From Elusimicrobiota bacterium (GTDB taxonomy: Bacteria; Elusimicrobiota; Elusimicrobia; F11): 34,822 nt of DNA. The stretch lies in the NCBI GenBank assembly GCA_046153645.1, contig JBJXGI010000021.1, positions 1 through 34,822 on the forward strand. Direction: 5' to 3'. The notes beneath the pieces were generated by a model. It worked only from the letters and a program-made list of their open reading frames with translations. It did no database searches and was not told where the DNA came from. Every line of letters starts with the position of its first letter. Position 1 is the first letter of the stretch. Both the position numbers and the translations under genes were made by a program. Shown here piece by piece: positions 27,990 through 34,822 of the stretch.

Positions 27990-28802
27990 TTAAAAAAACG
28001 GAATAATTTTATATTTTATCATGTCTGAAAATTTTAATTGAACGACTAGGTTTATCAATCCACCCATGCTTAAAAAAGGCCCAAATGGAATGAGTTGTTT
28101 AGACTTTATCCGTCGAAGAAAAAACCCAATCAAGACAACAAGAGATCCTAAAATCGACGCAATAATAATAGCACTGACAACTCCACTCCAACCCAAAAAT
28201 GCCCCCAAAGCGGCACAAAGTTTTACATCCCCTCCACCCATGGCATCTCGTCCATAAATAAGTTTTCCAAGTTCACCAATAAGAAGAATGGTCCCCCCCC
28301 CAACTAAAACCCCAATAATCGAGTGAACAAATTTTAACCAGATTTCACCAGAAAAAATAGGATTTATAACGCTAAAAAAGAGACCAAGTACGATTAAAGA
28401 AAGAGATAAAGAATCAGGAATAATTTTAAGTTCTAAATCAATAAATGAAATGATCACCAGAAAAAGACTTAAAACCAAAAAAGGAAGAATAAAAGAGAAA
28501 GACCCTAAAAAAGAAAATAAAGCCCATAAAATACCTAAAAGAAGTTCAACTATAGGATACTTAACAGAAATTACTCCATGACAGGAACGACATCGCCCAT
28601 GAAGAAAAAGGAAACTTAAAATAGGAATATTGTCAAACCAGGCTATCGATTTTTTACACCAGGGACAAAAAGAACGTCGAGGAAAAACCACAGAAAGATT
28701 CCGTGGAATTCGATAGATACACACGTTTGCAAAACTTCCAAATTCTATACCAAAAATAAAAAAAATAAGGGGGGTCACAAAAAAGAAAGAGGCCCCCACC
28801 AT
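27990..28802 (-). CDS. pilD: Prepilin peptidase/N-methyltransferase
   Basis: GSFANVCIYRIP, CPWC/CRSC, FIDL..IIPD and MGGGDVKL aspartate motifs, IPFGPFL. Start is ATG 28802 or GTG 28778. Confidence 0.95.
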   Translation of the reverse strand: MVGASFFFVTPLIFFIFGIEFGSFANVCIYRIPRNLSVVFPRRSFCPWCKKSIAWFDNIPILSFLFLHGRCRSCHGVISVKYPIVELLLGILWALFSFLGSFSFILPFLVLSLFLVIISFIDLELKIIPDSLSLSLIVLGLFFSVINPIFSGEIWLKFVHSIIGVLVGGGTILLIGELGKLIYGRDAMGGGDVKLCAALGAFLGWSGVVSAIIIASILGSLVVLIGFFLRRIKSKQLIPFGPFLSMGGLINLVVQLKFSDMIKYKIIPFF

Positions 28803-28820
28803 AAAAGTGAGGGCCTCTTT
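28779..28820 (-). terminator. Intrinsic terminator after pilA
   Basis: AAAGAGGCCCTCAC-loop-GTGGGGGCCTCTTT followed by CTTTTTT on the minus strand. Confidence 0.8.
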
Positions 28821-28833
28821 AGGTCAAATAAGC

Positions 28834-29331
28834 TTAGTACGTAGACCAGGATAGTGATTTTGTATCAAGACAAGTTAAGTTGATCACAGCTCCACCGGTT
28901 CCAGTACTGTAATAGATTGGTGTATTGGCTGTATTATATGATCCACCATCACCATCTACACCACTGTCAGCAGTCAAGTTAGCCCACATACCGCCAGTAA
29001 GACCTGATCCACAACCACCTGCGACTGAGGTTTGAGGAACCTGGTATTTACCAAGGCTGTTTTGTCCGCTCAAGGCAGGCATGTATTTTTCACCTGTTGC
29101 TAATGCAGTATGAAGCAGGGCATTTGGATATTGGCCTTCTTGATCTCCATAATAAATACTGATAGCACTACGAAGAGCACCAAGAGTTCCCTTAACTGAT
29201 GCTTCTTTTGATTTGGTTACCAAGTCAGCGAACCGAGGAATGGCCACAGCGGCCAAAATACCAATAATAGCAACAACGATCATCAGTTCGATGAGAGTGA
29301 ACCCTTTTTTATTTAGATTTTTTAAACTCAT
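28834..29331 (-). CDS. pilA: Type IVa major pilin
   Basis: KKG|FTLIELMIVVAIIGILAAVAIP with E5; two Cys; own promoter, AAGGAG RBS and terminator. Confidence 0.9.
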   Translation of the reverse strand: MSLKNLNKKGFTLIELMIVVAIIGILAAVAIPRFADLVTKSKEASVKGTLGALRSAISIYYGDQEGQYPNALLHTALATGEKYMPALSGQNSLGKYQVPQTSVAGGCGSGLTGGMWANLTADSGVDGDGGSYNTANTPIYYSTGTGGAVINLTCLDTKSLSWSTY

Positions 29332-29378
29332 TATATTCTCCTTAAGTAAGATAAGTAATATAGCATTACAACTACAAA

Positions 29379-29407
29379 AGTATATTGTCCAATCCTCGTA
29401 TTGTCAA
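29379..29407 (-). promoter_or_regulatory. Near-consensus sigma70 promoter for pilA
   Basis: Minus strand TTGACA-N17-TATACT. Confidence 0.8.
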
Positions 29408-29419
29408 GAAAAAGATCAG

Positions 29420-31492
29420 CTAATTCGACTCTATTTTTAGCGGTGGTTTTTGTTTGTAAAGAGTCACAGACCCATAATTGAAAATAGGATCATAAAATTT
29501 TTCTATCATGAGATTAAACCGAGAAATTCCATCAGATGTAAAGCCTAACTGCCCTAAACCACCTAACCTTTCTAATTCTTTCTTACTAATAAGGATATAA
29601 AAAGAACCACTGTTAAAAAGGTCACTTAAAACAGCATAAATATCTTTCGATTCATTGCATAGCCTAGCCAAGGGTGAGGTAGCAGTAAGGTTCAGAGTCG
29701 ATACATTTGCACTCAGTCCATACGACCGCTGTTCCCCGACAAGAATAACTCGATCAATATGATCAGAATTAAAATTTATATATTGAAAAGCAGGGTAGTA
29801 TTCAAATCGTTTGGTTAAATATTCTGAAACAGTTTCTAAACCTAAGGCAACAGAGAAAGGACGGAGTTGTTGTGAAATAAAGAAAAATATAAAAAAATTT
29901 CCAATCAACCATGGGAATGAAACAAATCCCACAAAGGCTTTACGACTTTGAATTTTAAGACTATTTATTCCCATGCAACCAATAACGATAAATAAAGGTA
30001 ACAATGGAACTAAAAATCTAAGTACAGGTTTTGAGTAAAACCAAAAAAGGAAGTGCGCAATCAAATAAAGAACTAAAAGATAATCTTTGTTTTCACCTAG
30101 GCTCAAATTAAAGAACTTATCTCGTAAAATAAAAAAACCACCCAACAATGTAAAAATAAACAATAACGGCCAACCAAAAAGGCCTAATACATCAATACCT
30201 CCCCCAAAAATTTTAGGATTGGTGGAAACATTCCAGGAAAAAACAAATAAATCACTTAAAAAATTATTTTTAATTCCGTACTCGGTCAAAATTGAAAAGT
30301 ATTTTTGAGCACTTTCAGGCTCCCATGATTGAGGATGTCCTAAAAATTTATAAAAAAAAGGAAATACAGGGTTTCCACAAGCCAGAAAATTTTTAATAAG
30401 CCATGGCAATACGGGGAATATAACAACAATCCAAAAAATAAATATGGCTTTTATTGATTCTCTTTTACGTATTAATTCGATTAATAGAAATACAGAAAAA
30501 ATAATGGCTGCAATAGCCCCTGTATACTTTATTGAAATACAAATACCAGCAAAAAAACCTGAAAAAAATAAGGATTTAGAATTCCTTTCACTCAAATAAA
30601 AGCTGAAAAATCGAATAGCCAGAAGAGTGAAAAACGACAGAGGAATATCAACATAAGCCCCTATTGATAAAAACAAAACAACAGGGGCTGTCCACCATAA
30701 TAAATATCCAAATAAAGCAATTTTAAAAGACGCTTTTTCCTTCACAAAATCGAACAACAGAAGTGAACATAAAACTGAAACACCCCACCCTACGAGATTG
30801 ATTGCATAATCAGGATTTTTTATTAACCCCATAACAAACAGAAAAATCATTTCCATATTTGCTGGAAAGTATGAATACATATTGAAAGGAACCGTCGCTA
30901 CTTTTCCCCACTTCAAATAAGTTTGTGGAAGGGCTAAATGATAAACCAAGGAATCGTAATAGGTTACGGGGGAAAAACACGCAATAAAAGAAACAAGCAT
31001 TCCTAAAAAAGAAATGCTTAATAAAATAAACTCTGATAAAGATCGATTTTGTTTATTTATTCCTTCAAATAGCTGATTTCTAATTAAAATAAATTTTTTC
31101 TCATGAAAAAATTCTCTCAATTGGTGAACAGAAATCAACAATAAGAATATAAAGATAAGAAAAATTTTAGCTAGTAATGATCCTGGAAAAGCCCATCCTA
31201 AAACAATAACCAAAAAACCCAAAGACCCAATACCCACTGCAAATCGAGTAATAACTTTTAATAAAGTGGAATGATAATTGGGTTCTCCAATAAATTTCCC
31301 CGAAATTCGACCAAGGAAATAACACAAAATAAAAACGGATGAGGAAATAAAAAGAGATTGGATTTTTAATACAAATTCATAAACTGGAAAACTAAAAAAA
31401 TAATTTAGACAAAGAAAAAATGTCAGTACCAAGACACTAGCAACTCCTATCTTGGTACTGACATCAAATAGTGATCTATTAAAAGAACTCAA
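29420..31492 (-). CDS. Multi-pass GT-C-type glycosyltransferase (ArnT/PMT-like)
   Basis: More than 12 hydrophobic segments; YYDSLVYHLALP, YVD, IKYTG, PWLIKN...GNPVFPF, RFLVP motifs; C-terminal soluble domain; TTG start. Confidence 0.7.
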   Translation of the reverse strand: MSSFNRSLFDVSTKIGVASVLVLTFFLCLNYFFSFPVYEFVLKIQSLFISSSVFILCYFLGRISGKFIGEPNYHSTLLKVITRFAVGIGSLGFLVIVLGWAFPGSLLAKIFLIFIFLLLISVHQLREFFHEKKFILIRNQLFEGINKQNRSLSEFILLSISFLGMLVSFIACFSPVTYYDSLVYHLALPQTYLKWGKVATVPFNMYSYFPANMEMIFLFVMGLIKNPDYAINLVGWGVSVLCSLLLFDFVKEKASFKIALFGYLLWWTAPVVLFLSIGAYVDIPLSFFTLLAIRFFSFYLSERNSKSLFFSGFFAGICISIKYTGAIAAIIFSVFLLIELIRKRESIKAIFIFWIVVIFPVLPWLIKNFLACGNPVFPFFYKFLGHPQSWEPESAQKYFSILTEYGIKNNFLSDLFVFSWNVSTNPKIFGGGIDVLGLFGWPLLFIFTLLGGFFILRDKFFNLSLGENKDYLLVLYLIAHFLFWFYSKPVLRFLVPLLPLFIVIGCMGINSLKIQSRKAFVGFVSFPWLIGNFFIFFFISQQLRPFSVALGLETVSEYLTKRFEYYPAFQYINFNSDHIDRVILVGEQRSYGLSANVSTLNLTATSPLARLCNESKDIYAVLSDLFNSGSFYILISKKELERLGGLGQLGFTSDGISRFNLMIEKFYDPIFNYGSVTLYKQKPPLKIESN

Positions 31493-31501
31493 ACTTATTT
31501 T

Positions 31502-32728
31502 TTAGCCTTGTCGACTGGCCAATTGGCCCAATTCGAACATGGGCAAAAACATCGCAATAACAATAAAGCCGATAATAACACCCATAACGACAATAATGAT
31601 GGGCTCAATCATAGATGTCAAAGTTTTAACTGCCACATCAACTTCTTGGTCATAAAAATCAGCGATTTTGCTTAACATAGAATCTAAATTACCTGTTTCT
31701 TCCCCAATGGCAACCATTTGAATAACCATCGGAGGGAAAATATTCGCTTTTTTAAGTTGACCAGCAATTCTTTCACCTTCTTTGACTGACTCTCTGGCTA
31801 CCATAATGGCTATTTCAATAACTTTATTTCCAGACGTTTTAGCAACCGTTTCTAATGCTTGTAAAATGGGAACACCAGACTTAATTAATGTGCCCAACGT
31901 TCGAGTGAATTTAGCCACAGCTACTTTTTTAAGAAGAATTCCAAAAACAGGAAGTTTTAATGATAGTTCATCTAACTGTCTGTGACCTTGCTCTGTTTTC
32001 CGGTATTGTTTGAGACCAATAAAACCAGCCACAGGCACCAAAACAACGATATACCAGAATTTTCGAAGGAAATTAGAAAGATTAATGAGCATTTGAGTAA
32101 TAAATGGAAGTTCAGCCCCAAAGCCCGCAAAGATATTGGAAAAAGTAGGAATTACTCCCATTAATAAGAATAAAGTTACAGCGGCCGCAATAATAGTAAC
32201 AATAAGCGGGTACATAAGTGCTCCTTTCACTTTACTCTTTAAGCTCTCAGCCGCTTCTAAATAAGATGAAAGTCTTTCTAAAATAACATCTAGAATACCA
32301 CCTACTTCTCCGGCTCGAATCATGGACACATAAAGCTCTTCAAAAGTTGCAGGATGTTTTCTCAACGCATCGGTAATCGATTGCCCCGATTCAATATCTT
32401 CTCTAATTTGATGCACAACTGACTTAAATAATTTTGTTTCTACTTGCTCCTCTAAAATTGAGAGTCCCTGAACAAGAGGAACGCCAGAGGAAACCAAGGT
32501 GGATAATTGTCTAGAAAAAAGGACCAATTCTTTCGGTTTAACAGTAGGTTTAATGGGGTTAATTGCAGCAAGTCGTTCAAGGATAGGAACCGTTGCTTCG
32601 TTTATTTCCACCGGTAATAATTTTTGTTTTCGGAGTTCCTCAATAGCCGACTTTTGATCGCTGGCTTCGATTTTTCCTTCGGTAATTCCGCCAGAAAGCA
32701 TTCTGGCTCTATAAGCAAAAGCTGGCAT
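31502..32728 (-). CDS. pilC: Type IV pilus platform protein (GspF family)
   Basis: FSRQLSTL, AGEVGG, ALMYP, GEETGNLD, IEP; GGAGG RBS places the start at ATG 32728. Confidence 0.96.
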   Translation of the reverse strand: MPAFAYRARMLSGGITEGKIEASDQKSAIEELRKQKLLPVEINEATVPILERLAAINPIKPTVKPKELVLFSRQLSTLVSSGVPLVQGLSILEEQVETKLFKSVVHQIREDIESGQSITDALRKHPATFEELYVSMIRAGEVGGILDVILERLSSYLEAAESLKSKVKGALMYPLIVTIIAAAVTLFLLMGVIPTFSNIFAGFGAELPFITQMLINLSNFLRKFWYIVVLVPVAGFIGLKQYRKTEQGHRQLDELSLKLPVFGILLKKVAVAKFTRTLGTLIKSGVPILQALETVAKTSGNKVIEIAIMVARESVKEGERIAGQLKKANIFPPMVIQMVAIGEETGNLDSMLSKIADFYDQEVDVAVKTLTSMIEPIIIVVMGVIIGFIVIAMFLPMFELGQLASRQG

Positions 32729-32742
32729 CTTATTTTCCTCCG

Positions 32743-33834
32743 TCAATAACGATTAGGGCTCGATTTAGGCCCTGTTTTTTGATCTAACAATTTATGAAGT
32801 TCCTCTTGATCGCTGGAATTTTCCAATGCATCTTTCATATTTATTTTTCTTCTATAAACCAATTCTGCCAATGATTGATTCGCCGTTTGCATACCATATT
32901 TCCCACCGGTTTGCATTAACATATAGATTTGCTCAACTTTTCCATCACGAATCAAGTTTGAAATAGCCGAAGTAGAAGTTAAAATTTCAATACAAAGTGC
33001 GCGACCTTGACCGCTGGCATGAGGAAGAAGGTTTTGAGATAAAACAGCTTTGAGAACCATTGATAATTGATTTCGTACTTGATCTTGTTGGTGAGAAGGA
33101 AAAACATCAATAATTCTGTTTATTGTGGATTTGGCGTCATTGGTATGAAGTGTGGCAAATACAAGGTGCCCCGTTTCGGCAATGGTTATAGCGGCTTGAA
33201 TTGTTTCTAAATCTCTCATTTCACCGACCAGAATAATATCAGGATCTTGTCTCAAAGAAAATTTAAGGGCATTAGAAAATGACACCGTGTCCTGGCCAAC
33301 TTCGCGTTGATTTACAATACTTTTTTTATGAGGATGAATATATTCAATAGGATCTTCCACCGTAATAATATGAGCTGAACGATTTTCATTTAAATAATCA
33401 ATCATCGAAGCCAGAGTGGTTGATTTTCCTGAGCCTGTCGGACCCGTGACCAATACAAGCCCCCTGGGTTTTGTGACAATTTCATAAATAACTTCTGGAA
33501 GCCCAAGTTCTTCAAAATTCATGAATGTAGAGGGAATTGATCTTAAAGCTGCACCAACACTTCCTCTTTGACGATAAACATTCATACGAACCCGTCCAAC
33601 ACCTTTAATTCCAAAGGAGATATCAAGCTCGTTTTTAGCTTCAAATGTTTGACGTTGTTGATCAGTTAAAAGAGAATAAATAAGTCGCTGACAAATATCC
33701 GGCGTTAACTTTTCAAAAGCGGTTGGTGTAATTTCTCCATCAACCCTCAGTATTGGTGCGATCCCCGTCGTTAAATGAAGGTCAGAAGCTCTCTTTTGCA
33801 CCATCATTAATAATAAGTCACTCATATTTATCAT
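32743..33834 (-). CDS. pilT: Pilus retraction ATPase
   Basis: ASDLHL, GPTGSGKST, EDPIE, RQDPD, GEMRD, TLHT, AISNLIRD. Confidence 0.96.
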   Translation of the reverse strand: MINMSDLLLMMVQKRASDLHLTTGIAPILRVDGEITPTAFEKLTPDICQRLIYSLLTDQQRQTFEAKNELDISFGIKGVGRVRMNVYRQRGSVGAALRSIPSTFMNFEELGLPEVIYEIVTKPRGLVLVTGPTGSGKSTTLASMIDYLNENRSAHIITVEDPIEYIHPHKKSIVNQREVGQDTVSFSNALKFSLRQDPDIILVGEMRDLETIQAAITIAETGHLVFATLHTNDAKSTINRIIDVFPSHQQDQVRNQLSMVLKAVLSQNLLPHASGQGRALCIEILTSTSAISNLIRDGKVEQIYMLMQTGGKYGMQTANQSLAELVYRRKINMKDALENSSDQEELHKLLDQKTGPKSSPNRY

Positions 33835-33835
33835 A

Positions 33836-34822
33836 TTACGCTCCCGATTCCTCTGCCACTGTTACACGAATGACTTCTTCAATTGTGGTAAGCCCCGCAA
33901 ACATTTTTCTTAAAGCTACTTCTCTTAATGAATTAACACCTGAACGAGTTGCCGCATTTCTGATTTCACCTGGAGAAGCATTACGTACAATCATTTGACG
34001 CATTTCATCATTTAATTCCATTACTTCATAAACACCAACTCTGCCCTTAAACCCTGATCCACTACACGTATTACAGCCTTTACCTTTAAATAGTTTCATT
34101 TTTAAATTTGGATCTTGGTCAAGTTGAACCCCGAGACCAGCCAAATCACTAATACTCACTTCATAAGGTGTTTTACAGCCAGAACACACTTTTCTCAGTA
34201 ATCTCTGAGCAATAACCATTCGAAGAGTGGCAGCAACCAAAACAGGTTCAACGCCCATATTTAAGAGTCGGACAACTGTGCTTGGCGCATCATTGGTGTG
34301 TAAAGTGGCAAGAACCAAGTGACCGGTTAAAGCAGCATTACCAGCAATTTCACCCGTTTCTTTATCTCTAATTTCTCCCACCATGATGACATCAGGGTCT
34401 TGTCTTAAAAAAGCCCTTAAACCAGTAGCAAAGGTAAGTCCAATATCAGGTTTTGCTTGGACTTGGTTAATGCCAGGAAGAATATATTCGACAGGATCTT
34501 CAATCGTAACAATATTTGTATCTTCAGAGTTTAAAATGGAAAGTGCCGAGTACAGAGTTGTCGTTTTACCAGACCCTGTTGGGCCAGTCACCAAAATCAT
34601 TCCATTGGCAGCCTTAATATTTCTGGTAAACACATCCATTTCTCTCTCATCAAAACCAAGTTTTTCTAAATCCAGCTGTAATCCTTTAGGATCTAAAAGA
34701 CGCATAACAACTTTTTCCCCATAAACAGTAGGAATGGTTGAAATACGAATATCAAGTTCTCTTCCCTCAACTTGAATTTTCGTTCTCCCATCCTGAGGAA
34801 CTCGTCTTTCTGATATATCCAT
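33836..34822 (-). CDS. pilB: Pilus extension ATPase, C-terminal part (5' truncated by window)
   Basis: PQDGR, GPTGSGKTT, RQDPD, GEIRD, tetracysteine CSGC...CNTC, TTIEEV. Confidence 0.95.
   Translation of the reverse strand: MDISERRVPQDGRTKIQVEGRELDIRISTIPTVYGEKVVMRLLDPKGLQLDLEKLGFDEREMDVFTRNIKAANGMILVTGPTGSGKTTTLYSALSILNSEDTNIVTIEDPVEYILPGINQVQAKPDIGLTFATGLRAFLRQDPDVIMVGEIRDKETGEIAGNAALTGHLVLATLHTNDAPSTVVRLLNMGVEPVLVAATLRMVIAQRLLRKVCSGCKTPYEVSISDLAGLGVQLDQDPNLKMKLFKGKGCNTCSGSGFKGRVGVYEVMELNDEMRQMIVRNASPGEIRNAATRSGVNSLREVALRKMFAGLTTIEEVIRVTVAEESGA

Noticed and set aside
29420..31492. GT-C gene as an STT3/PglB N-oligosaccharyltransferase
   Set aside because: No WWDxG motif is present.
23367..34822. 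Type II secretion system
   Set aside because: PilT, PilMNOP and a PilA-type pilin identify a retractile type IVa pilus.

Overview
AT-rich bacterial chromosomal segment with 35 supportable CDSs, all on the minus strand. I found no tRNA, rRNA, CRISPR array or transposase. In transcription order (right to left) it contains five blocks. (1) A type IVa pilus locus: pilB (partial)-pilT-pilC-[GT-C membrane glycosyltransferase]-pilA-pilD-pilMNOPQ. (2) A glycosylation cluster directly downstream: O-ligase/OTase-like TPR protein, GT2, WecA-like, UDP-galactopyranose-mutase-like flavoenzyme, GT4. (3) The yceD-rpmF-plsX-fabH-fabD-fabG-acpP-fabF-rnc operon. (4) An acyl-CoA dehydrogenase-etfB-etfA-ferredoxin module placed between rnc and smc; its ETF has bifurcating-type motifs and its ferredoxin is of the archaeal (Sulfolobus-type) zinc-ferredoxin family but lacks most Zn ligands. 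(5) smc (with tandem NrdR-like boxes), a TagA/WecG glycosyltransferase, rpmB and ribD-ribE-ribBA (partial). The organism is a diderm (PilQ secretin); the pilin sequence and gene order suggest Elusimicrobiota, from recollection and not verified. The best candidates for an undescribed system are a FAS II-linked ACAD/ETF/archaeal-type ferredoxin module, a pilus locus carrying two glycan-transfer chemistries, and a pseudoknot-capable leader RNA upstream of pilM.
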